Positions 25,965 through 36,341 of a stretch of 64,000 bases of DNA are shown here, piece by piece (the first letter of the stretch is position 1; every line of letters begins with the position of its first letter). The notes under the pieces are model-generated. The model did no database searches. It was not told where the DNA came from and saw nothing but the letters and a program-made list of their open reading frames with translations. This stretch comes from Squalus acanthias (lineage: Eukaryota), in NCBI GenBank assembly GCA_030390025.1, contig CM059433.1, positions 2,294,001-2,358,000 on the forward strand. Direction: 5' to 3'. A program made the position numbers and the translations under genes.

Positions 25965-26728
25965 GGCCCGAAAATTAAACCTAATGCGGGAGAGTACGCA
26001 CGGTGTACTCTCGCGTATTAGATCCCGAATTGCCGGTTTCCTGCATGCACTGCGCATGCGCGGGAAACCGGCACTTCGTGAATTGAAAAGGGGGCGGTTC
26101 CTAAGGGAACCGCGTGCGCGCTACAGGTTGTGTGCACACAGTGCACTTAGTTTTTTTTCCAGCTTTGAACGCGCAGGTAAGTGGTGAAGATTTTACACAC
26201 AAAGAAAGCAGGCGTAGGACCCCCTTTTAACAAGGTAAGTAGTTAATTAAGTGTTATTTTAAATTTTTTTCAACAGGTTTATCTTTTTTAGAGACTTTAA
26301 AGAAAGGTAAGTTTATTTTTATAACTTTTAAAAAGATTTAAAATTTTTTCAAAAATTTAATTTTTTGTTTAAAGTGGTTAATTTATTTAACTATACTTAT
26401 TTTATTAATGTGATGGCTTTTTTTTAAATTTAATTGAGGTTTAGCTGTTCTTTTGGGGGTGTGTAGTATTCATAGCTTTGACAGGTCTTCCTGTCAAAAC
26501 TATGAATGAAAGATGGTGTGCTGCCATTGGCTCTAACTGAATCACGTGATCCCAGAGCTCGCACGAACTAATTGCGCCTCTGAGTTACGCAAGCACTGCA
26601 TGGTTCCAACAGAGAGAGCCTTTGAAACTAAAGTTCGTGTGGGCCTGGAGCAAAAAGTTAGGCGCGGAGTGCGATATCGCGGGGAATCCTTACCCCCGCG
26701 GGAACCATCCATGTTTAATTTCTGGGCC
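25965..26728. mobile_element. MITE family M2 copy 1
   Basis: TIR GGCCCGAAAATTAAAC / GTTTAATTTCTGGGCC, ATT duplicated; inverted similar copy at 59264-60008. Confidence 0.88.
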
Positions 26729-26737
26729 ATTAGGAAA

Positions 26738-27813
26738 CAAAAGCAAAATGCTGCAGATGCTGGAAATCTGAAATAAAATCAGAAAATGCTGGAAGTACTC
26801 AGCAGGTCAGGCAGCATCTGTGGAGAGAGAAACAGAGCTAACGTTTCCGGTTGACCCTGTCCGTTCTATTATTCTACATTCAATGTATCATCCTCTGTCA
26901 TTTCCGCCACCTCCAGCGTGATCCCACCACCAAACACATCTTCTCCTTCCCTCCCCTTTCAGCATTTGAAGGGACTGCTCTCTCTGTGCACCCTGGCCGA
27001 CTCCTCAATCATCCCCAACAGCCCTTCCCCTTCCCACGGTACCTTACAGTGCAAGCGCAGGAGATGCAACACATGCCCTTATACCTTCTCCCTTCCCACT
27101 GTCCAGGGCCCCAAACACTCCTTCCAGGTGAAACAGCGATTTACTTGTACTTCTTGCAATTTAGTATATTGTATTCGCTGCTCACGATGCGGTCTCCTCT
27201 ACATTGGGGAGACTAAATGCAGATTGGGTGACCGCTTTGCGGAACACCTCCGTTCAGTCCGTAAGGGGGACCCTGAGCTTCCGGTCGCCTGTCACTTTAA
27301 TTCTCCACTCCACTCCCCCTCTGACCTCTCTGTCCTTGGCCTCTTACACTGTTCCAAGGAAGCTCAACGTAAGCTCGAGGAACAGCACCTCATCTTTCGA
27401 TTAAACACTTTACAACCTTCTGGACTCAACATTGAGTTCAACAATTTCAGATCATAACCTCTGCCCCTATGTTTTTTTTCTTTTCACATGGCAGCTGTTG
27501 ATGATTCTGCCATTCCCATTTACACTTCATCTAGACTCATCTTTTGTTTCTTAACTTGTCCCATTACCATCTCCTTTTGCCTTGCACCATCATCCCTTTT
27601 GTCTCTTAATCTCTCCTGCCTTCCATCCTATCACAGACCTTCCCTTTTGTTCTTTCCTCCCCTCCCCCCTCTCCCGGCCTCTGCACTTGCTTAAAAATCT
27701 GTTACATCTCCAACTTTTTCCATTTCTGATGAAGGGTCATCGGCCTGAAACGTTAACTCTGTTTCTCTCTCCACAGATGCTGCCTGACCTGCTGAGTATT
27801 TCCAGTGTTTTCT
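26738..27813 (+). mobile_element. Penelope-like element family P2 (GIY-YIG + 3' pseudo-LTR, inverted pLTR piece at 5' side)
   Basis: CNTC...NLVYCIRCSRCGLLYIGETKCRLGDRFAEH...HF...GLN (26918-27457); about 26785-26856 is the inverse of about 27733-27813. Confidence 0.9.
27721..27760 (+). ncRNA. Minimal hammerhead ribozyme motif in P2 pseudo-LTR
   Basis: CTGATGA-A-GGGTC(ATC)GGCCT-GAAA-CGTT; stem I weak. Confidence 0.6.
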
Positions 27814-28660
27814 GGAGATATTAGGAAAGGTGGCCTGCAGCTTGGCCAAAGAGCTAAATTTTAAGGAGGGTCTTAAAGGAAGAGGCAGATGAGTGGAGGA
27901 ACTTAGAGAGGCCTAGCTGTCTGAAGGCATGGCATTCAATGGTGGCCAAAGAAATGCATAAGAGGCCAGAGTCAGAGGAACAGAGAGTTGTAGGCATGGA
28001 AGGGGTGACCGCAATAGGGAGCATTAAGGCCATGAAGGGATTTAGACACATGTATGAGAATTTTAAATTTGAGATGTTGGCGGACTGGGAGCCAATGTAG
28101 GTCAGCAAGGATAGGTGCGATGGGCAAACAGGATTTGGTGTGATAGGACACGGGGCAGCAGAGTTTTGATGAGCTGAAGTTTACAGAGTGTGGAAGATTG
28201 GAGGCCAGGAGAGCGTTGAAATAGTTGAATTTGGAATTTAGAGAAAGGCGTGAATGAGAGCTTCAGTGAAAGAAAAATAAAGACTTGCATTTATATAGCG
28301 CCTTTCACGACCACCAGACGTCCCAAAGCGCTTTACAGCCAATGAAGTCATTTTTGAAGTGTAGTCACTGTTGTAATGTATCAGATGAGCTGAATTATGA
28401 GCAGATATGGATGATGTTACAGAGATGATGGAGAGACTATGAGGTCAGAAATGAAACTTGGCATCAAATAGGATGTTGAGATTGTAAACAGTCTGGTGCA
28501 GCCTCAGATAGTGGCTGGAGAAGGGGATGGAATTGGTGGCATGGTTATGGAGTTTGTGGCTATGGTTATCCCAATGTTTAACTGGAAGAAACTATGTTTG
28601 CTAATGATACCCAGCTTTACCTCTCCACCACAACCTTGATTCCATGACTCTTATGAGCTG
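27814..28660. mobile_element. Degenerate L2-like LINE remnants with a SINE tail at about 28280-28380
   Basis: Minus-strand KLQLI / SSFKTLLK remnants; plus-strand MFANDTQLYLS at about 28594 that continues after the LTR at 30099. Confidence 0.6.
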
Positions 28661-28663
28661 TCT

Positions 28664-30098
28664 TGTAAAGGAAATAGCCATATTCCAAGAGATACACCAT
28701 CCTATGAACGGAATTTTGACTTTATTAAAACATGAAAACTGGGGTTAAAAATCTAAAAGCCTCAACGACACAAGCTGCAAACAAAACACAGGCTTCTGAG
28801 ATAAGATGAAGTGTTAACACAAAAGTTGTAAACACCAAACAAGCTTTTGAAATGGGAAATGGTTATTGACACTGACACAATGGCCTCATTGAAGAAGCAA
28901 AGGCTTGGTTCCAAGAGGTCTGCAGTTTGGAGCACAACACAATAGCAATGCCCAAGTAAAGTGTTAAAAGCTGACACCTCGAACAGAAAAACAGAATATA
29001 AAAAACCATGTGCCTTTGTAAAAGTAACATCAAATGAAACAGGAAACACGATTATATATATAACCAACTAAGATGGCTAGGAAAACAGAACACCCTAGAT
29101 GAAGTGTTTTTAATTTACATATTGTAAAAGATACCTCCAGAACACTTTGAAAATATTACCAAGCAATCACATTGTTTATGTGTTAAACTTGGAACATGTA
29201 GGAGACAGAAGTCTGTGTTACAACCAGCAGAGGTGATTTAGAAATTGAATGGAAGACCTTCGATAAGAATGGAATCAAATAGATAAATCTGTTAAACCAT
29301 ATTTTATGATCAAATTGAAACACCTATACAGCAGACAGGATTCTGAAAGCTGACAGCTGAATTAACAGTAAGAATAGAGAGAAGTCAACAGAGGTATGGC
29401 TAGAGATAATTAGCTTACATCAGCAGAATACTTCAAAGAATATACCACTAAAAAAAGGTATAAAAATAGAGCTTTTCAGAGAGAAAGTCAGAAGTCGCTG
29501 GAACGAGACAAGCGATTCTCTCATTCTTCAGAACCACTCTGTAAGTTTTTAACCCTTTGAGTCTCGAGTAATCAAGGTATTTGATTTTGGTGGATATTCT
29601 GGATTAAGAATAAGTAGAAGTGTGGAAATGTAACGAAGTTAAGATTTGAGAATAAGGATCTCTGATAAGAAATGTAAGCTATTTGTATTTTGAACTGTTA
29701 AAGTTGCGATTGAATCAACAGCTGTCAGCTGAATGTCGGTTCTTTAATAAATCTATATATTTTTAGAATTGTCTCACAGAGTATTTCTGGATCAATCTCG
29801 CGAACTCAATCTCTGTACACTCTTTTGTGAGGAGTTGCAGAATTCTGGGGGGGTTTTCCGGACCCTCATAATGTCCGGAAGGTTACAGTCTAGTTAAACT
29901 TGTTAAAAGTGCTATCCGGAGGACAGTAACATCTTCAGGCCGTTCCTTTCCTTTAGGGAGAGATAATCTGAACCTTTAGACCCAATTAAGCATCTCTAGG
30001 ATTCGGCTACCGCTAACTTTAGTTGAAGGTAAACGTCTGGGGAATACGCCTGATCTGGGGTAGCCCGAAAAGGGCTAGGACTTGTAATTATCCCTTCA
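28664..30098 (+). mobile_element. Solo LTR (~1435 bp) of an ERV or LTR retrotransposon
   Basis: TG...CA ends, GTCT duplicated (28660-28663, 30099-30102), TATAAAA 29459, AATAAA 29746, splits an L2 remnant; second copy at 62596-63509. Confidence 0.85.
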
Positions 30099-31368
30099 GT
30101 CTGACGGTCTGTCCAAAATCAAGTCGTGGATAAGCTAAAACTTTCTGAAGCTCAACATTGACAATACCAAAGCCTTCTTGTTTGACCTCCACCAGAGATG
30201 TCACACCCTAACCCCTGATTCCATCCCCTTTCCTGGATGCCTACTTAATCTCATCCCAATTCTGCACAGCCTTGGTGTCCGGCTTGACCCTAAGCTTTGC
30301 TTTAAACCCACACCAGTCCAGTACCACGTCTGCCTACTTCCCTCTCCGAAATATCACTAGTCTCCTTCTCTACCTCATTCCACAGCCACTGAAACTCTAA
30401 TTCGTATCATTGTCACCTTCAGATAAATTTTCCAACACCCTCCTTGTCGGCCTCCCAAGCTCCACCCTATATAAACTCCAACTCATCAGAGATTTTCCCC
30501 TCCTTACATTCGATCATTGGCGGCAAAGCCTTCAGCTATCTTGCCTCTGCACAATGGAACTCGCTCCCCAAATGCCTCTGCCTTGTTTCATCCCTCCGCC
30601 CAAAAATGCTAACTTCTCCAATTTGTCTTCATAACTGTAACTCTCTCATCCCTGGTAGCATGTTAGTGTATTTACATTGCACCTATTCTATTGTTTTTAT
30701 ATCCTCTCTGTAATGGTGTACTCAGAACTGCACAGAATATGCCAACTGTGGCCCAATTGAGGTCTGTACAAGTTAAGGTTTACCATCTTGCTGCTGGCTT
30801 CTATGCCTCTAAGTACAAGATCAAGGGCTGAAAATTGCCTCAGAAATGTCCTCAGCTCCTGCTCTGCTGCTGTAACTTTGCCGAAAGTTCAGCAGAGATT
30901 TCATTTAACGTGCTTAAACGGGGTTTCCGCCGGACTTCTGGTGAAGTTACGGTGGCGGAGCAGGAGCAGCTCTGAGGAAATTGCCAGCCAACAATTCTAT
31001 TTGCCTTTTCTAAGTGCTTATTTACTTGTGCTGTCACTTTAACAAGCTGTGTACCTGCACAACAAGGTCCTCCTGTTCCTTCACTCCATTTAAAATATTA
31101 GCATTTAAGATGATTTCTTTCCCTATTCATACTTCCAAAATGCATTACTTCAATTTTTTCGACATTGAATTACATCTACTATCTATCTACCCATCCTGCT
31201 GGCCTATCAATGTACTCCTGTGATCTTGCACTATCCTTCTCCAATTTACCATACCCCCTAAGTTGCTATGATCAACAAATTTCGATATTTGCTGTAATAC
31301 AAAGGAAGAATTGTTTTCACATGATTTTTGTATCAAAGATTACTCTGGTTGCATCTTCATACTCCAGT

Positions 31369-31736
31369 GTTCATGTCACGATACAGAACGTGACTTGACA
31401 TCATGGCCGGTCTTTCCAGGTTTTGTTTTAAAAAGACTAACACAAATGGAGAGGATATGCAGCCAGCAGGTGTTTTGACATGTTGGACCCCCTGGGACAC
31501 ATCTCATTGTCTTGGCTGTGCTCTTAGTGTGTCTTTGATGTAGGGAAAGATTTGAATAGATTTTTTCTGTGTTTATATTGTGAATTCTGGGAGATTCTCT
31601 CACAGCTACCCTACCTGAAGAAGGAGCGAACAGCTCCGAAAGCTTGTAAAATTAAATAAATCTGTTGGACTATAACCTGGTGTTGTGCGACTTCTCATTT
31701 TTGTCCACCCCAGTCCAACGCCGGCATCTCCACATC
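31369..31736 (+). mobile_element. Penelope P1 solo pseudo-LTR / 3' end
   Basis: Almost identical inverted copy of about 15997-16364. Confidence 0.9.
31612..31648 (+). ncRNA. Minimal hammerhead ribozyme motif
   Basis: TAC-CTGAAGA-A-GGAGC(GAACA)GCTCC-GAAA-GCTT-GTA. Confidence 0.75.
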
Positions 31737-32689
31737 ATGATCTTAAAAATGGATGGTGGGAGCAGGGAGAAAGTGAAGTAAAAAAAAAAAAAATTAAAAT
31801 AAATAGCAAAGAAGGTTAGAATAAGTAGACAGAAATAAAATAAAAGTTCATATTAAAAATAGAACTTAGAGGCAATTTGGATGGAAAAGAGAGTAGGAGG
31901 GGGAAAAGAAACAACACGACACACACAGGCAAAGTGTTTATTTTTACCAGCAGATTTCCTGTGGCGTTGCTAATATGCAATGATTCAACTGATAAGGTGT
32001 GTCCTTCTAAGGCACATTGTTGATAAGTAAACAGCCTTAGGTCAATTGTTGTTTGATAAGGGATCTATACAGATTGGAAGTTTCAGGCTCCAGGTCAAAA
32101 TCATCCAGCATTCAGTGACTGACTTCCTTTCTCTTTTTTTAGGATTGCTCTGCATCTGTAATAAAGTGTGACATCTGGTGTTTGATCCGTGGAATGTGAT
32201 TTCTTGAGTGTGATATCTGTAGAAATGTGTCCCTCGTACTTGAGGATGTCTGTGCCAACAAAGAAGCGAGCATAAGTTCATGGTGAATGGATGAATTGAT
32301 GACTATACAGGCCAATACATGACAGAGATTGTCTCACCTAACCACATTCCTGGGGGGAGCTGGGTTCAGCTGTTGATCCCTCTGATGTTGTTCATCCTTC
32401 CATCTCTTGTGTCTTGTTTCCACACTGCCATGGCGATACACCTCAAAGCCCTTCATTCCATCTCTCACTTCAGCGTGCCATTGTCATCTGTTGGTGGCCA
32501 AGATCTCTCAAGAGTCCACACCATGTTTCACACCTTCAAGTGAATCTTCAGTGTACCTTTGTAGTACCTTTATTGTCCACCCTGCTTTCTTCTGCCATCA
32601 ATTAGTTCTCCATAAAGCTTCTGATTCAGTAACCGTATGTCATCAATCGTAACATGTCCAGCCCAACGAAGTTGAGCATTGATTATCAT

Positions 32690-32920
32690 GATGTGGAGAT
32701 GCCGGTGTTGGACTGGGGTGGACAAATGTGAGAAGTCGCACAACACCAGGTTATAGTCCAACAGTTTTATTTGAAATCACAAGCTTTCGGAGCGCTGCTC
32801 CTTCATCAGGTGAAGTGAAGAAGTCTTCACTTCACCTGACGAAGGAGCTGCGCTCCAAAAGCTTGTGATTTCAAATAAAACTGTTGGACTATAACCTGGT
32901 GTTGTGCGACTTCTCACATT
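32690..32920. mobile_element. Hairpin Penelope mini-element (inverted pLTRs + ~35-bp tail) inside an old RTE remnant
   Basis: 96-bp arms 32725-32820 and 32825-32920 with 3 mismatches; CATTGATTATCAT duplicated; host reads QLRWAGHV...LYGEL on the minus strand. Confidence 0.85.
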
Positions 32921-34148
32921 GATTATCATAGCCTCAATGTTGATGTAGTTAACACATTCCAGTACTTCATTGTTTGTGATCTTGTCTTGCCACCTAATAC
33001 AAAGTAAGATGCAAAGGTGTCTTTGGCAAAATCTTTCCAGCCGTTGAGTGATATCTGTAAAAAGATGGACAAAATGTGTACAAGCTGCAATATTTTTATA
33101 TTCTAGTGGATTTCCAAGGTGTCTTCATGTTGAGTTGGAGAATAAAGGAGTGCTGCGGAGGGAAGGGAGCTTGGGGTTGACCACACTGGAGGGGAGAATA
33201 TCCTAATATTTTGGAGAGTGAGATCTGAAGGTTTGGTAGCTCAGAGGGAGGGAGAGATCATGGGCTTTTATGTGTTGCAAAGGGGGAAATATTGATGTTT
33301 TTGAGTATGGGGAGAGGGAGATCCTGGAGTTTGGCAGTACGAAGGGAGGGGAGGGATTTAGGGTCTTATTATTGTGAAATAGCTAGCACAACTGCATAAT
33401 TCAATATTTACACAAACAGTAATTGTTTTAGAATTCTAAAGATAAAAAAGAAGCACAAGTATGATGAATCATCTACCTTAGTCTATCTCTCTCTGAGCAA
33501 GAAGTAAAAAAAAAAAATTGATATGAAACTTTAACCCAAAGAATTTCTTAAATTCATCTAACGGTTTGCTTTGGAATAATTTGGAAAAAAGAAACTCAAA
33601 CACTGTTATAGCCTGAGCAAAGATATGATCCGACAATTCGACATTGGCATTTGAGAAAAATAAATTTTTTGTTTAAAAAATTGTTTTACGATTTCTCAAT
33701 GTAAATAAAAGAGAGCACAGGGGGTAAAATCACTTACTTTCTTTTATTCGCTCTCTTTTTCTCAGCTTGGCTTTCTGTCCAAGGTCAAAATGAAGCATCT
33801 GGTGATTGTTTAAATCTGAAACTATATCTAAACTTTTAAAACCAATTCTCTAGCCTTTTTTCCAAGTCATTTGGAAAGAAGTGAAGGTATGGAGAGAAAA
33901 CGGGGAATATGGTATTGAGATAGAGGATCAGCCATGATCATATTGAATGGCGGAGCAGGCTCGAAGGGCCGAATGGCTGACTCCTGCTGCTATGTTTCTA
34001 TGTTTCTAACCCTTATTATGCCACCGTTTGCATTGAATCACACTGCTGGGAAATTCTCCGCACAGCCTGCTCTCAGACTGTGGCATCCTGAGAATTGCAG
34101 GCACAAGTATAATTGGTAAATACCTTCAACTGACAAAGTGAAAGCTCA

Positions 34149-34187
<39 letters not shown>

Positions 34188-34317
34188 AGAGAGAGAGGCT
34201 GAAACCTACAAGTAAAACATTAGAAGGTACTCAAAGACACAAAAGACGATTTAATAAGTAAGCTTAATGATGTTATTGTGAACAATGTGATTTTCCCCCA
34301 ATCTTTTTATTTATGTT

Positions 34318-34478
34318 CATTATGCGGAGATGCTGGTGTTGGACTGGGGTGGACAAAAATGAGAAGTCGCACAACACCAGGTTATAGTCCAACAGATTTA
34401 TTTAAAATTACAATTTAAATAAATAAATTAAATAAATCTGTTGGACTATAACCTGCTGTTGTGCGACTTCTCATTTTT
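34318..34478. mobile_element. Second hairpin Penelope mini-element (lacks the ribozyme core)
   Basis: Inverted AAAAATGAGAAGTCGCACAAC...CAGATTTATTTAA arms, same tail, TTTTTATTTATGTT duplicated. Confidence 0.8.
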
Positions 34479-34973
34479 ATTTATGTTAAAAGTCTTCTTT
34501 CAGCCTCTTGTCAGCAGGTTGAGAGAAAATTGGCAGGTTTTTTTCCAAACAGTATTTGGAGAGATTTCATTATTTGCATTTATTTTCTTTCATTACTAAA
34601 TTTTCCTCAGTCTTCATATTACTGAGTTCGGATTCATTGGCAGGATTTTGAAAAAATATCTTAACCAATTTGGTTGGTTCAGCCTTTGCTTTTTTTAAAT
34701 TGACTATCAGATTTTTTACACTTCCCTTTGTCACTGAGTCTTGATTGTTGCTGATTTATGAGTATCAAATGTAACCAATCAGCTGCATCATGATTTTGCA
34801 TATAATTATCTTACATCAAGTGTGTCCAATGTGTGGCAGCAATGTACAACACAGGAAGTGTGACAGACAGAGAGTGCAGCTCTGAAATATTGTGAATATG
34901 TGCTAGCAGATCTCCCATGGTATGCTCATGGTAAGTTGGATGATATGTTGTTTTATAACAACAGGAACACAAT

Positions 34974-35732
34974 GGGCAGGATTTTGAACAACCCATGGAG
35001 TCGGGTTTGGAGGCGTGTGGGGGGTTAAATTTGCGGGGTCGGGGTTTCCGACCCCATCCCGACTCCATCCCGCCTCCACGCAATTTTGACAGAATCAGTC
35101 ACGGGGCTCCCGACTCCGTCCCGCCTCCAAGAGGCGGGAGAGGCCATTAAAGCCCTTAACAAGCTCTAAATTGGCTCTGTAATGCCATTTTGAAACGTTG
35201 GAGCTAGTTTAACCCTTTTCTGACGTGAAGCACGCCTGGTGTGAAACACTCCAGTGAAACCTGGCGGGAGCACAAGTGGATAGCTGACTATCGGCTGCAG
35301 GTCCACTATTACAACGGAGATGTGATGAAGGTAGTAGTAGTATTAGGTCTGAAAGTCGCCTCTGATGCTACTGCATTGAATGTCTTCAGAGACTGCCTGG
35401 GAAGACTTGCTTGCAAAAAAAAATTCTCTCTCTCTCTCTCTCTCTTTCCCCTCACCCCATTTTTGCATCCAGGTCCACTCACATCAAAAACAAGCCAGGC
35501 AGGTCCTCTCTCACCAACAGTCTCTGAGACTAGGCAGTCAGCAATGATGACATCATCAGAGGCGACTTTCAGACTGAAAACACTAATTAGTTCATGGGTT
35601 CCCACATGCTCCAACTCAATTGCCCAATTAAGTGAAAATTGCATCAGGCATCCACATTAATCTGGAGTCGGGGGGGAAACACGAAATGCGGATTACACGA
35701 CCCCAACCCGACCCCAAGACAAAATCCAGCCC
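34974..35732. mobile_element. MITE family M3 copy 1
   Basis: GGGCAGGATTTTG / CAAAATCCAGCCC termini, AAT duplicated. Confidence 0.85.
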
Positions 35733-35746
35733 AATGAATCATTCTT

Positions 35747-36145
35747 GGGCTGGATTTTGTCTTGGGGTTGGGTTGGGGTCGTGTAATCCGCATTTCGTGT
35801 TCCCCCCCCCGACTCCAGATTTATGTGGATGAATGATGCAATTTTCACTTAATTGGGCAATTGAGTTCCAGCATGTGGGAACCCATGAACTAATTAGTGG
35901 TTTCAGTCTGAAAGTCGCCTCTGATGATGTCATCATTGCTGCTGCCTAGTTTCAGAGACTGACTGGATGTTGGTGAGAGAGGACCTGCTTGGCTTTTTGC
36001 TGTGAGTGGACTGGAGGCGGGACGGAGTCGGGAAGCCCGTGACTGATTTTGTCAAAATTGCATGGAGTCGGGACTCCCGACCCCACAAATTTAACCCCCC
36101 ACACGCCTCCAAACCCGACTCCATGGGTCATTCAAAATCCAGCCC
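35747..36145. mobile_element. MITE family M3 copy 2 (internally deleted, inverted)
   Basis: GGGCTGGATTTTG / CAAAATCCAGCCC termini; reverse complement of both ends of copy 1. Confidence 0.85.
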
Positions 36146-36341
36146 ATAGAGTCATAACGGCACAGAAGGAGGCCATTTGGCCCATCGAGTCCGTGCCGGC
36201 TCTCTGTGCAGCAATCCAGTCAGTCCCATTCCCCTGCTCTATCCTCGTAGCCCTGCAAGTTTATTTCCCTCAAGTGCCTATCCAGTCTCCCCTTGAAAAC
36301 ACTGAGTGTCTCCGCTTCCACCACTTCCGTCGGCAGCGAAT
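36146..36341 (-). mobile_element. CR1 subfamily 'A' short 3' fragment
   Basis: Closely matches the reverse complement of about 150-345. Confidence 0.9.

Noticed and set aside
16130..31603. Identical 75-aa ORF present twice
   Set aside because: Antisense reading of the duplicated Penelope 3' region; no protein features.
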